Assembly: GCA_001244265.2 (NCBI GenBank)
Contig: CDLV01000007.1
Coordinates: forward strand, 558,001-622,000
Length of the DNA: 64,000 bases
Direction: 5' to 3'
Source: Microbotryum violaceum
Lineage: Eukaryota
Shown: in pieces, positions 53,790 to 64,000 of the stretch
How positions within the stretch are numbered: position 1 is the stretch's first letter
How the letters are laid out: the number at the start of each line of letters is the position of its first letter
Translations under genes and position numbers: made by a program
Notes under the pieces: generated by a model
The model's database searches: none
Told to the model about the DNA's origin: nothing
The model's input: only the letters and a program-made list of their open reading frames with translations

Positions 53790-56321
53790 ATGCCCGCCCT
53801 GGCAGCCAGTGATAGTGAGTCATCAGCCCACTTCACTGGTGTGATCGCCGGCTGCCCCAGCTTTTGCAATGTGGGGTGGTTGTACTCCACCTTTGGTGCC
53901 GGAGCGGCAGATAATGCAGCACCCCACCTCGAGTTCGGCTCCGCTGACAGGCTGTCTCGACTCGTAGTTGCCAGCACGATTGCCCAGGACGCACGCTTGT
54001 GGCAGGTGAGTCGTACACTTTGGATCGAAGCTGGTGAGGTACATTCAATCTCACAGACAGCGAGAAGCTGCGATATTCAGTCCCTGATCGCGCGCCAGGA
54101 CGAGTTCGTCGCCGACTTGCTATCGCGCCTGCTCGTTGCCTCGAGCGAATCTGCCGCGGCGTCGGCCTCGGTGCCAAACCCGTCCTACGTCGCACCGTCG
54201 CCCCCGCTCAGCTCGGACTACAATGCCGACGACAGCGATGACCTCAGAGTTGCTCGACATGCCTCGGATGCACTCAAAGCCTATTCCGATTCCCTTGAGG
54301 AGCGCGTCAAGGTGAGCTCACGAGATGGCACCCGGGCCGGTGATGATCGGAGGTGGGGGAGGTGGGGCTTTGACTTCGCGCGTGTGAGGCAGTCGCGCTA
54401 ACTCAGCGGGCAACCGACAACTTGCTTCTGCTACGCGCTAATCATTCCTGCTGCAGGTCATCGACGAAGAGCGCAAACAAGCCTTAAAAATCGTCGCTGA
54501 ACAAGAAGATACGATCGCTCAGCTGCGACTTAGTGTGAAACAACGAACCCCGGCGCACTCTCCTATTCTCGTCCCGCCGGCCAGTTGCATTGACAACGGC
54601 AATGGAGAGCGTGCTCGTGATACCACAGCGCTCATTTCAGATTCAACTCGCCTTTCGTTCGTAGTTGTGTTCCTCGATCTGTGAGTTGAGGCGCGCTGGC
54701 TGGCCTGTCACATTCTAGTGCTTACCCCTGGGCGATCGATTCAGAACATCGGCGCCTTTCTCCGACGCGCTGATCAGCCAAGGCAAGACCGGCGGTCTAC
54801 AAGCAGCCAGCCAGCTTCGGTCAGTGGCATATCCCTTAAGCAATGAGTGTGATGAATAGGCTGATCGAGAGCTGGAATGGGTCAGCTGGGAGGTCGAAAA
54901 GGATGTTCGAGGTTCGTGGATGCGCGACGAAATGAAGACGTCGGGCAGGCGACTGACGTATCAGCTTTCGGACAGCCATCGGCGTCGATCAAAGTGCAAT
55001 ATGCGATAAAGAAGGGGAAGAACCCCAGATCATCATCTTTGCCTACTACGACAAGACATCGCTGGCTTCGATGCTCCTCAAGGTGACCTCTCGCGCATTA
55101 GGAGCGGCATAAGTGGAGCGCAGTGGCTGACAGCTCTTATCCGTCGATCCTCAGTGCCGTGTCATCACTTCAGGAGTCACCTTTGACGAGTTTTGCATGG
55201 CTTTCAACTCGGCTGAGCTGACTTCGCTGGTCGACATCGGCCGCGCTCCCGTCGAAAGCAAGACTGGCGCCATGCTCATGCTACTCGGCCCTCTAAAACC
55301 GCTCAAGAGGATCTACATGATCGGAGTCCATCCTGACGCCGTTAGTAAGTGCATCTTCTCCAAGCCATTTGGTAAATGTCTTACCTCCGGTCAGGTGCAC
55401 AGTTTCGACTTGTCCTTCGCTTTGCCCTGGCGGGGACCGTCCTCGAAATGAGCTTATCACCTCCAAGCTTGTAGCGTGCGTCACATTTTAGCGGGCTCGC
55501 TGGCTCGGACGAGTAATGGGACTGAACGAATTGATTTTGCTTCTTCAAAGCGTGAACTTCCTCGAGGATAAGGAACATATATCCGCTTTGGAGTTCGTCG
55601 GCTGGCGCACGATCACCTTTCAACGATTGTTTTCCCACCGTACCGTCGACACATCGTGCTGGAAGCAATGGGCTTCTAGTCCGTACGAAGAAGAAGAGCA
55701 GGATTCGTATGACTATGATAATAGCCATCAGGATGATGCTGACTCTAGCCAAGGCGAATGGTCCCCCGTCTCTTCGCGCATCTCGTCAAAAGCGCACTCT
55801 CCCAAAGCCCCTTCGGCGGCGGCGAAGTGGAGGAGGATCAATCCAGCTGTGCCTGGAACGAGGTTTCGCGACGAAAAGAAAGCCGATCTTAATCCCGGCA
55901 TGCGTCCTCTTGACACCAACCGTGGCTTCCTGCAACAGAATCCCCAGATCTGCGTGTTCCACTATCTCAGCGGTAACGGCTGCACTGCGCGTGGCACTTG
56001 TGGTCGTGCACACGACTACGACCTCAACTCGAGGCAGATCAGGCATCTAAGAGAAGATGTCGCAAGGCACCCTTGCAAAGTGACAGTTGTTTCTTGTGAT
56101 TTCAGGTGTTCGGATGTCGCCCAAGCTGACAATGCCTGAGTTCCGCACGTTCTGCAGGAGCTGCGCAACACCGGTCGCTGCACCTGGGCGGAAACCAGCA
56201 GCGGCACCAAGTGCATGTATTCACATGTATGTGCACCTTCTAAAAACCATGGCGTTCCGTAGGTAGGATATACTCATGATATCGGTCGTTCTCGTAGGAT
56301 CGGGCCAAGTGGAAGCGATGA
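53790..56321 (+). CDS. Coiled-coil + NYN/PIN-like domain + tandem CCCH zinc-finger protein (paralogue B)
   Basis: FVVVFLDL|TSAPFSDALISQGKTGGLQAASQLR, IIIFAYYDKTSLASML, FDEFCMAFNSAELTSLVDIG; fingers CVFHYLSGNGCTARGTCGRAH and CK|ELRNTGRCTWAETSSGTKCMYSH. Exons around 55345-55500 not resolved. Confidence 0.7.
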
Positions 56322-56548
56322 TCCCAAGTTGACGTTCAAAAATGAAACTGCGCAGCACTCCCAGTCTGAATAGCAGCTTTTAAGCTTCTCTTCTCCTCTC
56401 CATGCTCGTGTCGCCGCCGCCGAAGATTTAGTGAGCGCAGTAGAGTTTACCGCCTGGTCCACAGCTTGATGAAACATTGAGGGGTTCAAATAGTATTGGT
56501 GACAAAGAAACAGGAAAGAGCGCTGGGATCGGCTCATCCGCCCCAAGC

Positions 56549-58722
56549 TTAACCGGAGTGCTCGACCACCGTCGTCACGAGCTTGCCACCGACCACGACC
56601 GTCTTGAGCTGCTCGGGCACGGCTCGCTCTTCAAACACACCATCGTCCTCGCCTTCGACGGGAAGACTGATGTTCAACGCCGACGTCTTGGCCGTGATAA
56701 TCTCGGTGCCCAAGCTCTCCTTCGAGAGGTAGATCATACCCCCGTCCGTGCCGTCGATCAAGATAGTAGGGACCTTGCCCAAGATCTGTACAGTGAATCC
56801 GGGGCTCGAACTTATGCTCAAAGCCGAAACGGTTGACTCCAAAAGAACAGACAACTTGGGCGAATTGACGATTGAGATGGCGTTGACCTTGGCCTTGACT
56901 TGCAGTACCGACGCTTTGCAGTTGAAGACGTTGACGGTCTGTTGGATCGACGTTTCGGTGACAGTGATGTGAGGGTCCGATTCGTAGTTCTCGACCAGCC
57001 ACTTGTTGCCTTCCAGCGCAAGAATGGGTGGCTTCTTTTGAGCAATCGCTGATGGCTTGGGAGGCTTTGTGGGACCTTTGCCAGCTGATTGAGAATAGAA
57101 GTGGAAGCCGTGGTCAGCCATCGGACTCGGACTCCTCAAATTCGCTTCTGTGGGGGAACCGTTTACCAGCTCCGACGGCAGACACGACACCCCCCGCCCT
57201 GAGCTCAGGGTTCTTGTGCGTCATCTCGCTCTTGTCGACCTTCTTCAGACTCGACGTGATGTTCTCGCCCTTGTTGAGAGCCGCAAACACACCGCTCATG
57301 TCACCCGATGCGGCGGCAGCTGCTTGTGCGGGTGCCTTGAGAGCGGGAGGTGCTGCGGGCGGCGCTGGTGGGGGTGGCGGTGGCGGGGGAGCGCCACCCA
57401 CCGCGGCGGAGGCGGCAGGGGATGCCAAATATTTGGCAGGGTCGATACCCTGTGACATAAACCGTATGCTTCGTTCAGCGATCCGCCAGATGGAGCACGT
57501 CTTGTACTTATCACCAGAGACCTGCTCACCTTGGGGTTCCACGTCAGACCGGTTGTGTGGTTGGCCATGACGTACTTGCGCAAGGCATCCAGTGTCGCGC
57601 TGAAGCTGCGAGCCCACTCGACTTGCTTCGGGTTACTGTGACGAGTGAGGAATGCGCACATGGTCAGTGTAGCGCCTTTGTCAGTACTGGAGAAGACTGC
57701 TCGAGCTCACGTGTCCTTGAACGCCTTGACGATTCGGTTGACCCAAAAATCGGCCGAGTCCTTGTATTCGCCGACGTGGGGGCCAGGTTTGCTATCCTAT
57801 GGGATGTCCAATGATCTGATGCTCGTCAGAATCTGCACGAGCCTCGAACCCTCTCGTCCGGGCCGCTGTGATCCCAAGACGGTGAAGAAATGACTCACGA
57901 GGGTGACCCAGCCCAAAGCCGGAATACCCTCGGCCACGACGGTCAATTGGTTCGCATCGGGGCTCGCTCGATTCTTGTCCTTGATCTCGATCGTCGACAT
58001 GAGCGCCTGTTGGGTCGGTTTGAGCAAGGACATGTAGGAAGGGTCTGAGGCCTGGATCTTTGTGCAGGCGCTCGCCATGAGGATGAAGGCGCGTTGAGCG
58101 TTGAACGCGGCTTGAACGTGTTTAGACTGATGTGGAAAGAGACAACGACGACACACTGGGGTCAGAACGGTACAGCCGGCAGGTGCTGACCCGTGTCATT
58201 AAAGCAGGGGGCTGTGGCTCAGCTCAGCTCGGCTCGGTGGCCGGACGTGACTCACTTGATCGGCGATCAAGCCACCCAACTCCTTACTCAACTCGAGGTA
58301 CTTGGCCAACGCGCCCCGGAGGACTTCTTCGTCAAAGGCCGCAACCGAGCGAGGAACTTCGACTGCTGGAGCTGCAGCAGCGGCAAGAGACGAGCCGCCC
58401 GGTGCGGCTACCCCACCTGCGATCGTGCCGGCTCCCGCACCAGCAAGCGTGGAAGGTACGACAGCAGATGCACCACTCGCGACGTTGAAATGGGGTCCGC
58501 CACTTGCCGCCGAGGTGACGGCGATGTCCTCCAGTCGGGCGGTCGCGGCTTCAAGTCGTCGGAGCAACGTGTTGAGCGAACCGACACCTACAGGCAGTGT
58601 CCGTCCACGTGGAATCGCGGGAATGAGCAAGCGGTTAGACGCAGAAGATAGCTATGTGTGATCGTCAACTAACCGGTGGCAGGGATACCGGCGTGTGTGC
58701 CTTGGGCTGAGGCGGTATTCAT
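56549..58722 (-). CDS. SRV2: Adenylyl cyclase-associated protein CAP/Srv2
   Basis: LLRRLEAATARLEDIA (RLE motif), helical domain AEGIPALGWV, polyproline PPPPPPPP, WH2 VFAALNKGENITSSLKKVDKSEMTHKNPELR, CARP beta-domain ending EQLKTVVVGGKLVTTVVEHSG*. Confidence 0.96.
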
Positions 58723-58830
58723 CGTGTCGAGTGGCCGCGGCGGCGATGACGACGATGATGATGTGGAGCTGAGCGCCGAACGAAGGACCAAGCACCAAGT
58801 CGCTGCCTGGCGCCTATCGCTACCTGAGGC

Positions 58831-58838
58831 CGGAGGCG

Positions 58839-58887
<49 letters not shown>

Positions 58888-60892
58888 ACATTTTGAGGAC
58901 CCAAAATCCTGAAAATCGTCGAGGCGCATTGCAAAAAATTGACATTTTGAGACGAAACACACGTTTCGCCCCCGAGGCGCATGTCTATATTTTGACATTT
59001 TCCCGTGAGTCGGCCCAATTTTGGCCTACCCTGAGCAACCTTCGGCATGACTTTGGGCCCGTTCGCCTTCGCTTCGAGACGCGTTTCGCGATGCTCGCGC
59101 TTGAACAACTCACTTAGTACTAGCCATCTTCGGTAATCACTTGAGTTAAGTGGCTGTGAGGGATTAGGCCGATTCGATATTGAAGGGGCGCAGGTTCCGT
59201 TCCGCTTCACTTCGGTCCGAGATTGGAGCATAGCACGACAACATCATCCCATGCAGGCCTTGAACGATGCTTTCGATTGATCATTGCCACTCACCAACAT
59301 GAACATGACGATCGCCGAGCTCCTCGCCTTCGATGTCGCTCCCGCCGACGCGTCTCTTCACATCGAGTTGTCCAAAGATGAGCTCACCCATTACTCGACC
59401 TTATCATCTACTCGAGGCCGTTGAGAAGGCAACTGAAACAGCTTCTCACGACCAATCGTGCGTCTACCAAGCTCAACTATCGAGATTTTGGTCTAAGCTC
59501 ACGCGTGTTCGGTTCTACACAGCCCACACACTTGACATTTCAACTGCGCCTCAAGTTGTCGATGCTCGTGATGCCAATTTCTCGCTGAACTGGCCAACCT
59601 GATTGCCCATCAAGCTGCTCATAAATGTAGCCACCTCAAGCTGTTCTACTCAAGGGAGGCCGATGGAATCGAGCGACCCAACTCGCGGAGAGGCAGGCGT
59701 AGGGGTTAGCAATACAGAGGAAGGACGCAGTGCAGCACATTCATGCGTCTTGAAAGGGTTGGTACAGTCCATGGGACCATCTCGCTGCGAAGACATGGCG
59801 GGCACGACAAGGAGCTTTCGCTGGACTAGAGGTGACCAGATGGACCGAGCGCTCACAACACACGAGGATCCAGAAGAATGTCTATACTGAGGATGGCCGC
59901 ATTCAAGTGAGTTGTCGCTGAATTTAGGAGCGAAGGCAACTGGATCTAATGTTTGGAGAAACAAGCAGACGGAGCACTAGCACAACGCTATCCTCATTTT
60001 GGATCGCTTGACGGAGCTGTAACCGCTGCCACACCATTGGAGATTGGATCTCTGATCTGCTTTGGCCTCAAGTGTGGCATGCATTCACTCAGCTGCGATC
60101 AAACTGTTCATGGAGAAGAAGTGGTGTCCATCGGAATTGGTACGTTGTTTTGAGTGGCTGTTGAGGAAGTTCTCCTTTGACACAAGTCTTGTGTCCTACA
60201 GTGCGACACATCTACAGCAAAGTGACAACAAACCACTGCAACCAAGACACGCTCGCCTCGTTAACTGCTCCTTTTACAAAGGAGCTGGTGAAAATTCTAC
60301 TGTCAAATGTCGTCGTACAGGAGCTTCGCCTCATCAAGAAAACATGCTATTCCACACACCTCATTGATGGCACTATGCCGTTCCGCATGATTGATGGTCG
60401 ACAGGTCATCGAGTCATTAGGCCCGTCAACGACTACATATCGTTCAACCCCGGACCTTACCTCATGTTACCCGGACGAGCGCCTAATCAGCACGAGCGCA
60501 CATGCCGAGCAAAGATTTGCCGCCCTTCGGAGCGTGCCCGGCCTGCGAGATGCCGCCGGCGGAACCTCTACAAGCCGCACAAATGCCACCGCGGAAACAA
60601 GGAGCTCAACTTCAGCGAAAAGGAAGTCTGACAACGAAACAGCGAGCCAGCCAGCAAAGCAAGGAAGGCTTGTTTGAAGCGTGGAGCCACGCGCAACACC
60701 AGCCGAAGCGACGCGCCCGCAAACGCTCGGAACGCGTTTTCGAGGACTTTTGAGCGATTTTTGGAGCATGTAGAACACATTTTGATAATATTTCCGAGGC
60801 GCATGCGAACTTTTGACATTTTGGAGCCAAAATAGGGTAAAAAAACTTTGACAAAATGGCCAAAAAAGGGCGTTTTTCCGCATGCGCCTCTG
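58831..60892 (+). mobile_element. Decayed DNA transposon, probably hAT-like
   Basis: Short imperfect inverted ends CGGAGGCGC...GCGCCTCTG. Subterminal repeats GAGGCGCAT (58921, 58974, 60796, inverted 60882) and TTTTGACATTTT (58883, about 58990, 60811). Stop-ridden internal fragments VPFRFTS, LSKDEL..LEAVEKATETAS and ASSVAC resemble hAT transposase motifs TRWNS, L.PF..AT..S and PASSV.SER. Confidence 0.55.
58840..58886. repeat. 47-nt poly(dT:dA) tract
   Basis: Uninterrupted T run counted from the sequence. Confidence 0.95.
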
Positions 60893-61373
60893 GCTGGGCT
60901 TTCGGGGGTCCTGCTACCTGTCGCTGCCTGTGCGCCTGTCGCTGCACTGTCGCTGCCCTTCGTTGCAGCTCTCCTCACCCGGCGTTCCTCATTCTACTTG
61001 TGGCCACGTCGGACGAATTGTGTACGGTCATTTAATGCTTTGCCGTTCAATTTTGAAAGCTTGAGCAAATCACTGTTTGCGACACGGTATATCAGCAAGT
61101 TCTTCAAGTCGGTTTAAGACCGACATCGAGAATCAGAAATACCCAGAAAGCACAGCCATGTCAATCTGCATCAAGCCTGATGTCACGGACAAACACATAT
61201 CTTACAAAAAAGGGAAAACCATTCAATTCGGTCGATGCGACCCTCACCTTCACAGAATCACAAACGAGGCAAAGAGGGGTAGACGGGGGTCCAAGCGCTC
61301 GAGCTCGGCGAGGCGGCTATTATATGGGTCGAATGCAATTGTGGATAGGCGGGTTCATCAAGTGGCGTAAAGG

Positions 61374-63598
61374 TCACAATTGACGAGCAAAGAGAGCTTC
61401 TCCCCAGTCAATGATGTAAATGCGACCGTCTGGACGGATAGTCACATTTTGAGCCCTCTCGTCTCCATGGTAGACGCCTTCCTTTCTGAGTGTTTTGTAC
61501 GCCTCACTAGAAAAATGAGGATTATCCAGCATGGCGTCAAGTCTGTCAGCGACTATGAAATGTCGAGGCACCAGATGGAGCCAGGCCTCCTGTCATACTC
61601 ACTCAATCTTGCGCCTCAATTCGGTGTCCCCCACCCACTGCTCCTGGGTGACCGTGCTCCCCACGTCTTCCAGTAACAGGACGTAGGCACGGCCATCTGA
61701 ACCGCTTCGATAAAAGCCATGGAACTTGGGGAAGTAGGCTTGCGCAGCAGTCGAGAGCGACGGCAAAATTTGCGTAAAGATGAAGTACTCTCGCGCAATC
61801 GAGGGCGCATAGTAGTCTGCCGAGACGACCTTGGCGACGAGATCACCTTGAAGTCGAGCGGGAGGATTACTGGCGGCGGATGCTCTGGGAACTTCGGTGT
61901 CCGGGCGGCCAGACCAGCGAGCCGTCCATATCGTGGCAGTTCGCCCCCTGCCAATCTCTGTGAGGAGATCGAGTCGATCGAGACGAGCGGGATCCCCGAT
62001 GGGCGTCGTGACCCAGGGCAAGACATTTGCTTCTCCTTCTTCATCGAAGCTGACGGAAAAGAACTGCAGTAAGTAACAAAGGGACTCCCGATCAGCGAAA
62101 TGTAGTGCACGATTGAAGCGAGAGTAATCCACATCGCGGTCGCAATCAAGCTCGACACCAATTGCCACCATACCCGTGCCCTTGTTCGCCTCCGAGTCAC
62201 AGATGATCTGCTCATTGTGGGGTGAGGGAAATCTCATGAGTGCATGTGTCGGTCATGAGTGAGCTTTGGACCTAAACACTTACCGCGGTACCCGGAAGGT
62301 GACGCAGCGTTACCTCAAGAGCCTTTGCGTGCACGAGGAAAGGGCCCGCCACTGCGCTATCGAGAGTTTCGATTGGAGGAGACAGCAAGGGCGTCAACCG
62401 CATGCTTTCGAGCTCATCTGTAGTTCGCCTAAGAGCGATTCTCACCTTCTCGGGAGGACCTTCAATCGAGTAGTCTGCATGAACACTCGAAAACAGGGAG
62501 ACGAGGATGGCGAGGAAGCTTTCTGGTCTTGGTGCCACGACAGGGCAAAGTCATCCTGAGCCCAGAGAACCGATAAGCAAACTTCACTGGTTAACAAGTG
62601 AGTTCGACCATTCTCAACGACTGACAATGAGAGCAATGCCAACGAACAACGCTAGTCAGTGATGATTATTTGTCAAGATATGGGATCCTCAGTCAGCGTG
62701 AATGGACCAACGCCTACTCACCGAGTTCGCAAAGGACGAAGTACGGAGGTGCGAAGTATACGCCGAATCGAGCTTTGTGTTCATGTAGCTGCAGAGCCAT
62801 CTGGCCGGGCAGACGGCGGTCAGCGATTACAGCGGTGAGAGGTGTTCAATCTATCCAAAGTTACATCGATGGTACTGGATGTACCTTGGCTAGCCTGATT
62901 CCCTTGCTCTTCGGATGCATCACCGATCGACCATCGCTGTCGAAGACGCGCAAATCGAACGGGGTGACTGATCCATAATCAGACCAGAGATTCGGCATCT
63001 GTGATCCAGGATAAGACTCATGAGCACTTTCGAGATTGCCGACGTCGTTAGTCTCGAGGACTACTGTGTTTGCAAAATCGTCTCCATTTAGCACCGAAGT
63101 ATGTAGAGTAGGCAGCTCGTCTTGACCGAGGTATTTGTGAAATGAAGGCATGTAATGTATTGCAACCGGGCGATCTGCTAGGCGAGAGACAGTGTGCTGG
63201 GTGATGTCCACGAGATCCAGTAGATGGAACATTACGTTCGAGTCGTCCCATTCATTTGAGGTGACTGGCCAATGGTGCAGAAAGTCGTCGAAGCAGAACT
63301 TGACAGACCTCGGAAGAGGCGCATCGCCCGTCCCGGTTTTCTCGAGCCCTCCCTTCAGACCCTGAACAACGCGATGTACGAGAGAAGGATCGGGCGAGGC
63401 AGACGTGAGGCCGTGACGAGGTAGCGTTTCGCCTGGCGATCTTCGAAACTTGACGTGCCCCAAAAGGGCAGAAGGCTTATGAGTGGTGGGGCGACAGACC
63501 GTAAGGCGATCGCGTGGCACAAAGCGGTAGGCATTTGACGGGAACTTGAACGCAAGCAAGTCCCTGAGCACCGACGGGACGGTAGTTCGCAGATGCAT
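61374..63598 (-). CDS. Kinase-family paralogue 2 (N-terminal unknown domain + minimal protein-kinase-like domain); one apparent frameshift
   Basis: IGRGRTATIW (Gly-loop), LVAKVV (VAIK Lys), SIAREY (helix C Glu), FPKFHGFY, LLLEDVG, YHGDERAQN (catalytic loop), IIDWGEA (DFG-like). One base is missing at the CCC run about 62543-62545 relative to paralogue 1. A further upstream exon may extend to the window edge. Confidence 0.75.
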
Positions 63599-64000
63599 CG
63601 GCGTCGAAAGTGCTCTGTAAGCTTCTTGTCCTTATTGTGTGGTAATGGTACTGGATGCGACGATGTACTGCAAGTCGTCAGCCCAGCTAACCCTGAGTTA
63701 TGCAGTGGTCGGACCTTCAAGTTGGCATGGCAATCGGGGCAGGCTGACTGTCGCCGGTACGGCTTGAAGCAGTGGAAGGTAAACCAAGGCAAGCAATGGC
63801 GCCGGGCGTCCTTGAGTGTGTGAGCAGCTCCAGTGCTCTACTGATGGAAGAAGGGGCGGGATGTTTAAGGCTGGGTCAATGTCGAAGGGTAGAAATGTCT
63901 TAAAGTCTGGTCTGAACTTGACGTCTTTGCAGTTCGAAGCCGCATGGCCGGGCTTAGAGCCGAGAGTGTGTAAGGTGGGCCTTAGAAGGAGGGGGGGGCA

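Noticed and set aside
58669-59231. Poly-Lys and poly-Phe ORFs in the ORF track
   Set aside because: Translations of the poly-T tract, not genes.
60177-60677. 166-aa ORF inside the transposon relic as a captured gene
   Set aside because: Non-ATG start and no recognisable motif. It may be the transposase 3' remnant.

Overview
Eukaryotic, intron-rich, gene-dense fungal DNA with short GT-AG introns and CTRAC-type branch points. The style suggests a basidiomycete yeast, probably Pucciniomycotina/Microbotryomycetes, but the taxon is an inference. Conserved genes I can support: dynactin p24-like, Rad9/Crb2-like Tudor+BRCT checkpoint adaptor, arrestin-domain protein, MTHFR (MET12-like), CDC42, SYF2, LUC7, a mitochondrial carrier, MnmA/SLM3, TIM54, a DOPA 4,5-dioxygenase-family gene, mitochondrial TrpRS, DHX35-like helicase and CAP/SRV2. 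Accessory material: (i) three dispersed paralogues of an uncharacterised N-terminal-domain + minimal protein-kinase gene (one with an intact catalytic motif, one with Asp->Glu, one decayed); (ii) a stand-alone GTPBP1/2 N-terminal domain with no GTPase; (iii) a tandem pair of divergent coiled-coil + NYN/PIN-like + CCCH zinc-finger genes; (iv) a beta-lactamase-family esterase pseudogene; (v) a decayed hAT-like DNA transposon with a 47-nt poly-T just upstream of CAP. Several single-base deletions in short homopolymers may be assembly errors. Exon boundaries were inferred by eye and no database searches were run.
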